From Escherichia coli (GTDB lineage: Bacteria > Pseudomonadota > Gammaproteobacteria > Enterobacterales > Enterobacteriaceae): a stretch of 64,000 bases of DNA. The stretch lies in NCBI RefSeq assembly GCF_003991155.1, contig NZ_CP031293.1. One strand, given 5' to 3'. Of this stretch, positions 9,664 to 29,245 are shown in pieces. Every line of letters starts with the position of its first letter. Positions within the stretch are counted from its first letter, which is position 1. A program made the position numbers and the translations under genes. Under the pieces are notes generated by a model. The model did not search any database. It saw nothing but the letters and a program-made list of their open reading frames with translations, and was not told the DNA's origin.

Positions 9664-10113
9664 TCACACTTTCCCCTGTCGTTTACACCAGATAATCGTT
9701 GTCACTTTTGTGACCTCTGAGAAGATAAACAACGAAATATTTAAGACCAGATCCTGTGAATGAAAATAATTAAGTAACAACGGTATTACGGAGATTGAAC
9801 AGCTTACGGTAGCAAAACGCATAAACTCCTGAATCGCCAAAAAAGAGAAACTAAATAATTCTTGTCTTAAAAAACATTGCGCAGAAAAGAATAAAGAGAA
9901 CAATAATACTATTTGTAGCGTAACAGTGGCGACTGCATAAGCGTAAAAACCGCCTTCAACACCGATATCCTTAAGTAAAGAAAGTGAATGAACGATATCG
10001 GAATAAAAAGGGATACGACCATTACCAAGCGAGTAGAACAAATATGTGGCTATCGCGATAACATCCATGACACCCCAAAAAAGAAGAATGTATTTTTTAT
10101 ATTGACGTTGCAT
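9664..10113 (-). CDS. Small hydrophobic membrane protein, unknown function (accessory)
   Basis: 149 aa; ATG start with AAAGGA upstream; about 4 predicted TM segments; AT-rich codon usage unlike flanking core genes. Confidence 0.4.
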   Translation of the reverse strand: MQRQYKKYILLFWGVMDVIAIATYLFYSLGNGRIPFYSDIVHSLSLLKDIGVEGGFYAYAVATVTLQIVLLFSLFFSAQCFLRQELFSFSFLAIQEFMRFATVSCSISVIPLLLNYFHSQDLVLNISLFIFSEVTKVTTIIWCKRQGKV

Positions 10114-10155
10114 AAAGTAAATCCTTTTTACGAAAACAAATATTACCAGGAATTA

Positions 10156-10476
10156 TTATAATTGCGGGCGTTTTTGGATTAACACTCCACCCGTATTTTT
10201 AAAAATCCTGTCAGCCATACCTTCACTAAACAAGACATCGATACGCCCTTTACTTTTATCGTGATACAGAATACTGCATGAGATACACCTTATACCCTCT
10301 TTGGATTTACGAAAATCTAACCAAAAACGACCATCATAAAAGACCCACTCCACACCTGTTTTTATATTAATTATCCAATCATTATAACCTGTTGGTTTTT
10401 TTCCTAATAGTTCAGTAACTTCGGACTCTGAACATCCTTCGAAAGCAAAAAAATCTATTTCATCGATTTTTATCAT
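10156..10476 (-). CDS. Small soluble protein, unknown function (accessory)
   Basis: ORF 10156-10482 opens on TTG; preferred ATG at 10476 (MIKIDEIDFF); Trp/Phe-rich; AT-rich; no strong SD. Confidence 0.35.
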   Translation of the reverse strand: MIKIDEIDFFAFEGCSESEVTELLGKKPTGYNDWIINIKTGVEWVFYDGRFWLDFRKSKEGIRCISCSILYHDKSKGRIDVLFSEGMADRIFKNTGGVLIQKRPQL

Positions 10477-10502
10477 GTTCAATAATCCATTATTTATGAC
10501 AT

Positions 10503-10530
10503 TAAAAACCGGGGCAAATACCCCGGTGTT
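10503..10530 (-). terminator. Rho-independent terminator of metH
   Basis: Minus-strand hairpin CCGGGGTATTTGCCCCGG followed by TTTTTAATG immediately after metH stop. Confidence 0.7.
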
Positions 10531-10535
10531 ATCAC

Positions 10536-14219
<3,684 letters not shown>

Positions 14220-14382
14220 ACTTGCTCCCGACACGCTCAACCCAGATTTAATAAAAATTCAACAAACCATACTGGCATAAACGCATCTGTGGTAAAAGCA
14301 ACCACTACCCAACATGAGATTTGTTCAACATTAACTCATCGGATCAGTTCAGCAACTATTGCATTAGCTAACAATAAAAATG

Positions 14383-14400
14383 AAAATGATTTCCACGATA
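14383..14400 (+). promoter_or_regulatory. Candidate IclR autoregulatory operator in iclR promoter
   Basis: gaaaatgatttccacg resembles the IclR box; located about 20-35 nt upstream of iclR ATG. Confidence 0.4.
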
Positions 14401-14418
14401 CAGAAAAAGGAGACTGTC

Positions 14419-15243
14419 ATGGTCGCACCCATTCCCGCGAAACGCGGCAGAAAACCCGCCGTTGCCACCGCACCAGCGACTGGGCAGGTTCAGTCTTTAA
14501 CGCGTGGCCTGAAATTACTGGAGTGGATTGCCGAATCCAATGGCAGTGTGGCACTCACGGAGCTGGCGCAACAAGCTGGGTTACCCAATTCCACGACCCA
14601 CCGCCTGCTAACCACGATGCAACAGCAGGGTTTCGTGCGTCAGGTTGGCGAACTGGGACACTGGGCAATCGGCGCACATGCCTTTATGGTCGGCAGCAGC
14701 TTTCTCCAGAGCCGTAATTTGTTAGCAATTGTTCACCCTATCCTGCGCAATCTAATGGAAGAGTCTGGCGAAACGGTCAATATGGCGGTGCTTGATCAAA
14801 GCGATCATGAAGCGATTATTATCGACCAGGTACAGTGTACCCACCTGATGCGAATGTCCGCGCCTATCGGCGGTAAATTACCTATGCACGCTTCCGGTGC
14901 GGGTAAAGCCTTTTTAGCCCAACTGAGCGAAGAACAGGTGACGAAGCTGCTGCACCGCAAAGGGTTACATGCCTATACCCACGCAACGCTGGTGTCTCCT
15001 GTGCATTTAAAAGAAGATCTCGCCCAAACGCGCAAACGGGGTTATTCATTTGACGATGAGGAACATGCGCTGGGGCTACGTTGCCTTGCAGCGTGTATTT
15101 TCGATGAGCACCGTGAACCGTTTGCCGCAATTTCTATTTCCGGACCGATTTCACGTATTACCGATGACCGCGTGACCGAGTTTGGCGCGATGGTGATTAA
15201 AGCGGCGAAGGAAGTGACGCTGGCGTACGGTGGAATGCGCTGA
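14419..15243 (+). CDS. iclR: Glyoxylate-bypass repressor IclR
   Basis: ORF 14380-15243; start ATG 14419 (MVAPIPAKRGRKPA) after AAGGAG; 274 aa. Confidence 0.9.
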   Translation: MVAPIPAKRGRKPAVATAPATGQVQSLTRGLKLLEWIAESNGSVALTELAQQAGLPNSTTHRLLTTMQQQGFVRQVGELGHWAIGAHAFMVGSSFLQSRNLLAIVHPILRNLMEESGETVNMAVLDQSDHEAIIIDQVQCTHLMRMSAPIGGKLPMHASGAGKAFLAQLSEEQVTKLLHRKGLHAYTHATLVSPVHLKEDLAQTRKRGYSFDDEEHALGLRCLAACIFDEHREPFAAISISGPISRITDDRVTEFGAMVIKAAKEVTLAYGGMR

Positions 15244-15259
15244 CTTTTTCGCCTCTGAT

Positions 15260-16984
<1,725 letters not shown>

Positions 16985-16989
16985 TTAGC

Positions 16990-17165
16990 GCCCTCATCAG
17001 GAGCAGAGAATTGCCGGATGCGGCGTAAACGCCTTATCCAGCCTACGTTCGGCAACGGTTGTAGGCATGATAAGACGCGCAAGCGTCGCATCAGGCATCG
17101 TGCACCGATTGCCGGATGCGGCGTAAATGCCTTATCCGGCCTACAGTCAGCAACGTTTGTAGGTT
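16990..17165. repeat. BIME/REP cluster between aceA and aceK
   Basis: Two copies of gccggatgcggcgtaaacgccttatccggcctac-type palindromic units. Confidence 0.75.
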
Positions 17166-17167
17166 GC

Positions 17168-18472
17168 TTAGAACTGCGATTCTTCAGTGGAGCCAGTCAG
17201 TGCGGTAACCGACGACGTGCCGCCCTGAATAATGGTCGTCACTTTATCGAAGTAACCTGTACCCACTTCCTGCTGGTGAGATACGAAGGTATAGCCATCT
17301 TTCGCGGCGGCAAATTCCGGCTGCTGCACTTTCTCAACATAGTGCTTCATACCCTCGCCCTGGGCATAGGCGTTTGCCAGGTCAAACATGTTGAACCACA
17401 TGCTGTGGATACCTGCCAGGGTGATGAACTGGAACTTGTAGCCCATATCCGACAGCTGCTGCTGGAAGCTGGCAATAGTTTTGTCGTCGAGGTTTTTCTG
17501 CCAGTTGAACGACGGCGAGCAGTTATAAGCCAGCAGTTTGCCCGGATATTTCGCGTGGATGGCTTGTGCAAAGCGACGTGCCAGTTCCAGATCCGGCGTG
17601 GAGGTTTCACACCATACCAGGTCAGCATATGGCGCATACGCCAGGCCACGGCTGATTGCTTGTTCAATACCTGCATGAGTACGGAAGAAGCCTTCGCTGG
17701 TACGCTCGCCGGTAATAAATTCGCTGTCATATGGGTCGCAATCGGAGGTAATCAGATCCGCCGCATCGGCATCGGTACGAGCAACCAGCAGGGTTGGAAC
17801 GCCCGTCACGTCAGCTGCCAGACGCGCCGCGACCAGTTTCTGAATAGCTTCCTGAGTTGGCACTAAAACTTTGCCGCCCATGTGACCGCATTTCTTCACT
17901 GATGCCAGCTGATCTTCGAAGTGAACTGCCGCTGCACCGGCTTCAATCATCGCTTTCATCAGTTCAAAGGCATTCAGGACACCGCCAAAACCGGCTTCCG
18001 CATCGGCAACGATCGGCAGGAAGTAATCGACATAGCGCGGATCGCCCGGCTCAATGCCTGCGGACCATTGGATCTGATCCGCACGGCGGAAGGTGTTGTT
18101 GATCCGCTCCACCACAGCTGGCACCGAGTTTGCCGGATAGAGCGACTGATCCGGATACATGCTGGCCGCCAGGTTAGCGTCCGCCGCTACCTGCCATCCC
18201 GACAGATAGACTGCTTCAATACCCGCTTTCGCCTGTTGCAGCGCCTGACCGCCAGTCAGTGCACCGAGGCTGTTGATGTAGCCTTTTTTCGACTCGCCGT
18301 GCAGCAGACGCCACATTTTCGCCGCACCCAGTTGCGCCAGCGTGCATTCAGGATTGACTGAACCGCGTAATTTCACCACATCTTCCGCGTTGTACGGGCG
18401 AGTAATGCCTTCCCAACGCGGTTGAGTCCACTCTTTCTGTAATTCTTCAATTTGTTGTGTACGGGTTTTCAT
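17168..18472 (-). CDS. aceA: Isocitrate lyase
   Basis: ORF 17168-18487; start ATG 18472 ([15 protein letters not shown]), 434 aa. Confidence 0.95.
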   Translation of the reverse strand: MKTRTQQIEELQKEWTQPRWEGITRPYNAEDVVKLRGSVNPECTLAQLGAAKMWRLLHGESKKGYINSLGALTGGQALQQAKAGIEAVYLSGWQVAADANLAASMYPDQSLYPANSVPAVVERINNTFRRADQIQWSAGIEPGDPRYVDYFLPIVADAEAGFGGVLNAFELMKAMIEAGAAAVHFEDQLASVKKCGHMGGKVLVPTQEAIQKLVAARLAADVTGVPTLLVARTDADAADLITSDCDPYDSEFITGERTSEGFFRTHAGIEQAISRGLAYAPYADLVWCETSTPDLELARRFAQAIHAKYPGKLLAYNCSPSFNWQKNLDDKTIASFQQQLSDMGYKFQFITLAGIHSMWFNMFDLANAYAQGEGMKHYVEKVQQPEFAAAKDGYTFVSHQQEVGTGYFDKVTTIIQGGTSSVTALTGSTEESQF

Positions 18473-18501
18473 GTGCAGATGCTCCATAGTTATGTGGTGG
18501 T

Positions 18502-20103
18502 TTACGCTAACAGGCGGTAGCCTGGCAGGGTCAGGAAATCAATTAACTCATCGGAAGTGGTGATCTGTTCCATCAAACGTGCGGCATCGTCAAAACGCCC
18601 CTGGGAGAAACGTTCTTCGCCCAGTTCGCTGGCAATGACTTTCATCTCTTCGCCCAGCATCTGGCGGAACAAGGCTTTGGTCACCGGTTTGCCATTGCTC
18701 AACGTTTTTTGATGATGGATCCACTGCCAGATTGAGGTACGGGAAATTTCAGCCGTCGCCGCATCTTCCATCAGGCCATAAATCGGCACACAGCCGTTGC
18801 CAGAGATCCACGCTTCGATGTACTGCACAGCCACGCGAATGTTGGCGCGCATACCTTCTTCGGTGCGTTCACCATCACAAGGTGCCAGCAGCTGATCGGC
18901 AGTAATCGGCGCGTCTTGTTCGCGCATCACTTCAAGCTGATTTTTACGGGAGCCGAGAATGTCGTTGAATACCGCCATTGCCGTATCCGCAAGGCCTGGG
19001 TGGGCAATCCATGTGCCATCGTGACCGTTATTAGCTTCCAGCGATTTATCCGCTTTTACTTTGTTGAGCACCTGGTTATTGCGCTCTTCATCTTTGCTCG
19101 GAATAAATGCCGCCATACCGCCCATCGCAAAAGCACCGCGTTTATGGCAGGTTTTAATCAACAGGCGTGAGTAAGCATTCAGGAAGGGTTTATCCATCTT
19201 CACTGCCTGTCTATCTGGCAGGACGCGATCGGGATAGTTTTTCAACGTTTTGATATAACTGAAGATGTAATCCCAACGACCGCAGTTCAGACCAACAATA
19301 TGGTCACGCAGCGCGTGAAGGATTTCGTCCATCTGGAACACGGCGGGCAGCGTTTCAATCAGCAACGTCGCCTTGATGGTGCCGCGCGGCAGATTAAAGC
19401 GATCTTCTGCATAGCTGAAGACTTCGCTCCACCAGGCCGCTTCCTGCCAGGACTGGGTTTTCGGCAGATAGAAATAGGGACCGCTGCCCTTTGCCAACAG
19501 TGCCTGATAGTTGTGGAAGAAATAGAGCGCAAAATCAAACAGGCTACCGGGGATTGCCTCACCACGCCAGGTGACATGTTTTTCCGGCAAGTGCAGACCA
19601 CGTACCCGACAAATCAACACCGCTGGATTGGGCTTGAGCTGATAAATTTTGCCTGCTTCATTGGTATAGCTGATGGTGCCGTTAACCGCATCGCGCAGGT
19701 TAATTTGCCCGTCGATCACTTTGTTCCAGTCCGGGGCCAGTGAATCTTCGAAATCGGCCATAAAGACTTTCACATTGGCGTTGAGCGCGTTGATCACCAT
19801 CTTGCGCTCAACCGGGCCAGTTATCTCGACTCGACGATCTTGTAAGTCCGCGGGAATACCACGAATTTTCCAGTCAGCATCACGAATGGAAGCTGTTTCC
19901 GAAATAAAATCAGGCAACGTTCCGTTATCGATATCCTGCTGCTGCTGAATGCGCGCTGCCAGAAGTTTATTGCGTTGTGGCGTAAAATGCGTCACCAGCT
20001 CAGTCAGAAATTCTACCGCTTCGGCAGTAAGAATTTGCTTCTCCTGCTCGCCATACGGCCTTATGAAAGCCAGTTCATCGGTTGTTGTTGCCTGTTCAGT
20101 CAT
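18502..20103 (-). CDS. aceB: Malate synthase A
   Basis: ORF 18502-20121; start ATG 20103 ([13 protein letters not shown]), 533 aa. Confidence 0.95.
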   Translation of the reverse strand: MTEQATTTDELAFIRPYGEQEKQILTAEAVEFLTELVTHFTPQRNKLLAARIQQQQDIDNGTLPDFISETASIRDADWKIRGIPADLQDRRVEITGPVERKMVINALNANVKVFMADFEDSLAPDWNKVIDGQINLRDAVNGTISYTNEAGKIYQLKPNPAVLICRVRGLHLPEKHVTWRGEAIPGSLFDFALYFFHNYQALLAKGSGPYFYLPKTQSWQEAAWWSEVFSYAEDRFNLPRGTIKATLLIETLPAVFQMDEILHALRDHIVGLNCGRWDYIFSYIKTLKNYPDRVLPDRQAVKMDKPFLNAYSRLLIKTCHKRGAFAMGGMAAFIPSKDEERNNQVLNKVKADKSLEANNGHDGTWIAHPGLADTAMAVFNDILGSRKNQLEVMREQDAPITADQLLAPCDGERTEEGMRANIRVAVQYIEAWISGNGCVPIYGLMEDAATAEISRTSIWQWIHHQKTLSNGKPVTKALFRQMLGEEMKVIASELGEERFSQGRFDDAARLMEQITTSDELIDFLTLPGYRLLA

Positions 20104-20184
20104 CGTGCAGCTCCTCGTCATGGATCCGAAAACTTCCCCACTGTGAACGAAGGATCGTTGTGCGCTTTTCGTTCAGCACAACTA

Positions 20185-20240
20185 AGACTACTCATTTAAA
20201 ATGCAAAATCAAAAACAATTTCCATTTTAATTAAAAATAC
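20185..20240 (-). promoter_or_regulatory. aceBAK promoter region with IclR operator
   Basis: Minus strand reads AAATGGAAATTGTTTTTGATTTTGCATTTTAAATGAGTAG upstream of aceB, the IclR-bound region of the aceB promoter as I recall it. Confidence 0.6.
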
Positions 20241-20299
20241 TTGATAACTTATTGATAACAATATGAATAAATTTTATTCACCTACTGAGGTGCGTTTCG

Positions 20300-20335
20300 G
20301 AAATAAAAAAGGCACCCGAAGGTGCCTGAGGTAAG
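20300..20335 (-). terminator. Rho-independent terminator of metA
   Basis: Minus-strand hairpin GGCACCTTCGGGTGCC followed by TTTTTTTATTT. Confidence 0.7.
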
Positions 20336-20371
20336 GTGCTGAATCGCTTAACGATCGACTATCACAGAAGA

Positions 20372-21301
20372 TTAATCCAGCGTTGGATTCATGTGCCGTA
20401 GATCGTATGGCGTGATCTGGTAGACGTAATAGTTGAGCCAGTTGGTAAACAGCAAATTACCGTGACTACGCCAGCTCGCTCGCGGTTTGTTTTGCGGATC
20501 ATTGTGCGGGAAATAGTTATACGGTACTTCCGGGTCTAGTCCGGCTTCCACATCGCGGAAATATTCCTGCGCCAGCGTTTGCGCATCATATTCGGGATGG
20601 CCCGTCACAAAGGCAATGCGCTTATCTTTGCTGGCAAACAGATATGCATCCCCTTCTTCCGTCTCTGCCAGAATTTCCAGATCGGTGTAATCACGAATCA
20701 ACGCTGCCGGAAAGTCAGCATAGCGCGAATGCGGTGCCAGGAATGAATCATCAAAGCCACGCGTCAGAAGCGCATGAGGATGGAGAATATGATGCTCGTA
20801 AACGCCAGAGAGTTTGTCGGTGCGAGTTTGCTTAGGAATGCCGTAGAGGATATTTAGCGCGGCCTGTACCGCCCAGCAGACAAACAGCGTCGAGGTGACG
20901 TGATCTTTCGACCACTCCAGCACCTGTTTGATCTGCGGCCAGTAAGCGACATCATTAAACTCCACCAGGCCCAGCGGCGCGCCGGTAACTATCAGACCGT
21001 CAAAGTTTTGTTCCTGAATATCTTCAAAGTTACAGTAGAAGTTATTCAGATGCTCTGCGGGCGTGTTGCGCGATTCACGGGAATCAATGCGCAACAGCTG
21101 AATATCGACCTGCAAAGGTGAGTTTGAAAGCAGGCGCAGAAACTGATTTTCAGTTTCGATCTTCTTCGGCATCAGGTTAAGGATAAGTACCTTTAGCGGA
21201 CGAATTTCCTGACCAGACGCACGAGAAGTTGTCATCACAAAGACGTTTTCTTCACGCAAGAAATTGACGGCGGGTAGCTCGTCCGGCACACGAATCGGCA
21301 T
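20372..21301 (-). CDS. metA: Homoserine O-succinyltransferase
   Basis: 309 aa; [24 protein letters not shown]-terminus. Confidence 0.95.
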   Translation of the reverse strand: MPIRVPDELPAVNFLREENVFVMTTSRASGQEIRPLKVLILNLMPKKIETENQFLRLLSNSPLQVDIQLLRIDSRESRNTPAEHLNNFYCNFEDIQEQNFDGLIVTGAPLGLVEFNDVAYWPQIKQVLEWSKDHVTSTLFVCWAVQAALNILYGIPKQTRTDKLSGVYEHHILHPHALLTRGFDDSFLAPHSRYADFPAALIRDYTDLEILAETEEGDAYLFASKDKRIAFVTGHPEYDAQTLAQEYFRDVEAGLDPEVPYNYFPHNDPQNKPRASWRSHGNLLFTNWLNYYVYQITPYDLRHMNPTLD

Positions 21302-21457
21302 AACCTGATTACCTCACTACATACGCTTATACGTTTAGACATCCAGATAGCTGAAGATAACCAGAAAATTTGCCAATGTCGAGTCTGCATGTTGAAGGTG
21401 AGAAAGTTTCAAGGAAAAGGCTACGTTAGAATATAAGAATGACGAAAAGGAGAGAAA

Positions 21458-21901
21458 ATGGTTATTAGTATTCGCCGCTCACGGCATGAGGAAGGGGAGG
21501 AACTCGTTGCGATTTGGTGTCGTTCTGTCGATGCCACTCACGATTTTTTATCAGCAGAGTATCGGGCCGAGCTGGAGGAGCTAGTTCGTTCCTTCTTGCC
21601 GGAAGCGCCGTTGTGGGTCGCGGTTAATGAGCGGGATCGGCTGGTTGGGTTTATGTTGTTAAGTGGGCAGCATATGGATGCGCTTTTTGTCGATCCTGAT
21701 GCGCGCGGTTGTGGCGTGGGCCGGATGCTGGTGGAACATGCGCTCTCGATGGCACCGGAACTGACAACCAATGTTAATGAGCAAAATAAGCAGGCTGTTG
21801 GGTTCTATAAGAAGATGGGTTTTAAGGTTACGGGACGCTCTGAGGTGGACGATTTGGGGAAACCGTATCCATTGCTGAATCTGGCATATGTGGGGGAATA
21901 A
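21458..21901 (+). CDS. yjaB: GNAT-family N-acetyltransferase
   Basis: 147 aa; GNAT acetyl-CoA motif region (ARGCGVGRMLVEHA); position between metA and rrnE. Confidence 0.8.
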   Translation: MVISIRRSRHEEGEELVAIWCRSVDATHDFLSAEYRAELEELVRSFLPEAPLWVAVNERDRLVGFMLLSGQHMDALFVDPDARGCGVGRMLVEHALSMAPELTTNVNEQNKQAVGFYKKMGFKVTGRSEVDDLGKPYPLLNLAYVGE

Positions 21902-21979
21902 GCTGCCCCCTATCGTGCTATCGTGCCTGCGTAAGCTGGAGCAGACGCGCCAGCGTCGCAGCCGGCCGTTTTCTGCACC

Positions 21980-22012
21980 AGCGCAAAAAGGCCATCCTGA
22001 CGGATGGCCTTC
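21980..22012 (-). terminator. rrn operon terminator (T1-like)
   Basis: Minus-strand hairpin AGGCCATCCGTCAGGATGGCCT followed by TTTTTGCG just downstream of the 5S gene. Confidence 0.7.
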
Positions 22013-22023
22013 TGCTAAATTTG

Positions 22024-22143
22024 ATGCCTGGCAGTTCCCTACTCTCGCATGGGGAGACCCCACACTACCATCGGCGCTACGGCGTTTCACTTCTGAGTTC
22101 GGCATGGGGTCAGGTGGGACCACCGCGCTAAGGCCGCCAGGCA
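22024..22143 (-). rRNA. rrfE: 5S ribosomal RNA
   Basis: Reverse complement matches the E. coli 5S sequence (UGCCUGGCGGCC...GGGAACUGCCAGGCAU) with one difference near position 13 (U instead of G). Confidence 0.95.
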
Positions 22144-22235
22144 AATTCTGTTTATCAGACCGCTTCTGCGTTCTGATTTAATCTGTATCAGGCTGAAAAT
22201 CTTCTCTCAATCCGCCAAAACACCTTCGGCGTTGT

Positions 22236-25142
<2,907 letters not shown>

Positions 25143-25325
25143 CACAACCCGAAGATGTTTCACTTCAGAGTTGCGAAAATTTGAGAGACTCACGAACAAC
25201 TTTCGTTGTTCAGTGTTTCAATTTTCAGCTTGATCCAGATTTTTAAAGAGCAAATATCTCAAACATCACCCGAAGATGAGTTTTGAGATATTAAGGCAGG
25301 TGACTTTCACTCACAAACCAGCAAG

Positions 25326-25401
25326 TGGCGTCCCCTAGGGGATTCGAACCCCTGTTACCGCCGTGAAAGGGCGGTGTCCTGGGCCTCTAGACGAAGGGGA
25401 C
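25326..25401 (-). tRNA. gltV: tRNA-Glu (UUC) in rRNA spacer
   Basis: Reverse complement is GTCCCCTTCGTCTAGAGGCCCAGGACACCGCCCTTTCACGGCGGTAACAGGGGTTCGAATCCCCTAGGGGACGCCA. Confidence 0.95.
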
Positions 25402-25486
25402 GTATCAGTCTGCTTCGCAAGACGCCTTGCTTTTCACTTTCTATCAGACAATCTGTGTGAGCACTGCAAAGTACGCTTCTTTAAGG

Positions 25487-27028
<1,542 letters not shown>

Positions 27029-27184
27029 AAAAGTTTGATGCTCAAAGAATTAAACTTCGTAATGAATTACGTGTTCACTCTTGAGACTTGGTATTCATTT
27101 TTCGTCTTGCGACGTTAAGAATCCGTATCTTCGAGTGCCCACACAGATTGTCTGATAAATTGTTAAAGAGCAGTTGCGACGCGG

Positions 27185-27240
27185 CTTTCAGCTCACTGTC
27201 GCGAGGTGGCGTATATTACGCTTTCCTCTTTCAGAGTCAA
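27185..27240 (-). promoter_or_regulatory. rrn P2 promoter
   Basis: Minus strand TTGACT-N17-TAATAT followed by GC-rich discriminator. Confidence 0.7.
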
Positions 27241-27299
27241 CCCTGAATTTCAGGATTTTTCTCTTCAACCGAACCGGCTGTTTGTGTGAAGTGATTCAC

Positions 27300-27345
27300 A
27301 TCCGCCGTGTCGATGGAGGCGCATTATAGGGAGTTCTCCGCAGGC
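27300..27345 (-). promoter_or_regulatory. rrn P1 promoter
   Basis: Minus strand TTGCGG...CTCCCTATAATGCGCCTCC; upstream AT-rich UP/FIS region extends to about 27480. Confidence 0.7.
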
Positions 27346-27521
27346 CGCAATAGAAAAATTGCAGAAAAATGACTGACTGCTGCATTCCCCAGCAAAACCC
27401 CGCTTTATACCTTTTTACGCACAGAGTTATCCACAATCATCAATGTAATTTCTGTATTTTTCCCACGGTAAACACTGTCAAAATTGTGATCACCATTGAA
27501 AGAGAAAAATTCGCGAGCGTT

Positions 27522-27537
27522 GCGCAAACGTTTTCGT
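27522..27537 (+). promoter_or_regulatory. PurR operator (pur box) of purHD
   Basis: GCGCAAACGTTTTCGT matches the PurR box consensus ACGCAAACGTTTTCNT; about 110 nt upstream of purH. Confidence 0.7.
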
Positions 27538-27644
27538 TACAATGCGGGCGAAAAATAAGGATGCCCCGTTAGGGGCGTTAGCTGAGTTTTTCGCGAAAAA
27601 TTCAGCTAACGCTCTCTGTAATAGTCAAATCCAGGGGATTTACC

Positions 27645-29234
27645 ATGCAACAACGTCGTCCAGTCCGCCGCGCTCTGCTCAGTGTTTCTGACAAAGCCGG
27701 TATCGTCGAATTCGCCCAGGCACTTTCCGCACGCGGTGTGGAGCTGCTGTCTACAGGGGGCACAGCCCGTCTGTTAGCAGAAAAAGGTCTGCCGGTAACC
27801 GAAGTTTCCGATTACACCGGTTTCCCGGAGATGATGGATGGACGCGTGAAGACCCTGCATCCGAAAGTACATGGTGGCATTCTGGGCCGTCGCGGCCAGG
27901 ACGATGCCATTATGGAAGAACATCAGATCCAGCCTATCGATATGGTGGTTGTTAATCTGTATCCGTTCGCCCAGACCGTTGCTCGTGAAGGCTGCTCGCT
28001 GGAAGATGCGGTTGAGAACATCGATATCGGCGGCCCGACGATGGTGCGCTCTGCCGCCAAGAACCATAAAGATGTCGCCATCGTGGTGAAGAGCAGCGAC
28101 TACGACGCCATTATTAAAGAGATAGATGCCAATGAAGGCTCCCTGACTCTGGAAACTCGCTTTGACCTTGCCATCAAAGCCTTCGAACACACCGCCGCCT
28201 ACGACAGCATGATTGCCAACTACTTCGGCAGCATGGTTCCGGCTTACCACGGTGAAAGCAAAGAAGCCGCCGGTCGCTTCCCACGCACGCTGAACCTGAA
28301 CTTCATTAAGAGGCAGGATATGCGTTACGGCGAGAACAGCCACCAGCAGGCTGCCTTCTATATAGAAGAGAATGTCAAAGAAGCCTCCGTTGCTACCGCA
28401 ACCCAGGTTCAGGGTAAAGCCCTCTCTTATAACAACATCGCCGATACCGATGCGGCGCTGGAGTGCGTGAAAGAGTTCGCCGAGCCGGCATGTGTGATTG
28501 TGAAGCACGCCAACCCTTGCGGCGTGGCTATCGGCAATTCCATTCTTGATGCTTACGATCGCGCGTACAAAACCGACCCGACCTCCGCATTCGGCGGCAT
28601 TATCGCCTTTAACCGCGAGCTGGATGCGGAAACCGCGCAGGCCATCATTTCTCGTCAGTTTGTTGAAGTGATTATTGCGCCGTCCGCCAGCGAAGAAGCC
28701 CTGAAAATCACCGCCGCCAAACAGAACGTACGCGTCCTGACCTGCGGTCAGTGGGGCGAGCGTGTTCCGGGTCTTGATTTCAAACGCGTGAACGGCGGTC
28801 TGCTGGTTCAGGATCGCGATCTGGGAATGGTCGGTGCGGAAGAACTGCGCGTCGTCACCAAACGCCAGCCGAGCGAACAGGAACTGCGTGATGCGCTGTT
28901 CTGCTGGAAGGTGGCGAAGTTCGTGAAATCCAACGCCATCGTCTATGCCAAAAACAATATGACCATCGGCATTGGCGCGGGCCAGATGAGCCGCGTGTAC
29001 TCCGCGAAAATCGCCGGTATTAAAGCGGCCGATGAAGGTCTGGAAGTGAAAGGTTCCTCGATGGCTTCTGACGCGTTCTTCCCGTTCCGCGACGGTATTG
29101 ATGCCGCCGCCGCTGCGGGCGTGACCTGCGTAATCCAGCCTGGCGGTTCTATCCGTGATGACGAAGTGATTGCCGCCGCCGACGAGCACGGTATTGCAAT
29201 GCTCTTCACCGACATGCGCCACTTCCGCCATTAA
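27645..29234 (+). CDS. purH: Bifunctional AICAR transformylase / IMP cyclohydrolase
   Basis: 529 aa; [25 protein letters not shown]-terminus. Confidence 0.95.
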   Translation: MQQRRPVRRALLSVSDKAGIVEFAQALSARGVELLSTGGTARLLAEKGLPVTEVSDYTGFPEMMDGRVKTLHPKVHGGILGRRGQDDAIMEEHQIQPIDMVVVNLYPFAQTVAREGCSLEDAVENIDIGGPTMVRSAAKNHKDVAIVVKSSDYDAIIKEIDANEGSLTLETRFDLAIKAFEHTAAYDSMIANYFGSMVPAYHGESKEAAGRFPRTLNLNFIKRQDMRYGENSHQQAAFYIEENVKEASVATATQVQGKALSYNNIADTDAALECVKEFAEPACVIVKHANPCGVAIGNSILDAYDRAYKTDPTSAFGGIIAFNRELDAETAQAIISRQFVEVIIAPSASEEALKITAAKQNVRVLTCGQWGERVPGLDFKRVNGGLLVQDRDLGMVGAEELRVVTKRQPSEQELRDALFCWKVAKFVKSNAIVYAKNNMTIGIGAGQMSRVYSAKIAGIKAADEGLEVKGSSMASDAFFPFRDGIDAAAAAGVTCVIQPGGSIRDDEVIAAADEHGIAMLFTDMRHFRH

Positions 29235-29245
29235 TGGAGCAATAG

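Noticed and set aside
14220-14240. N-terminal extensions of ORF-track calls (e.g. metH from TTG at 14240, sorC from 358, thiF from 41484, rpoB from 59401)
   Set aside because: The track opens ORFs at the first in-frame start-like codon. Conserved N-termini and SD positions support the internal starts reported in the feature list, so the extensions are not novel N-terminal domains.
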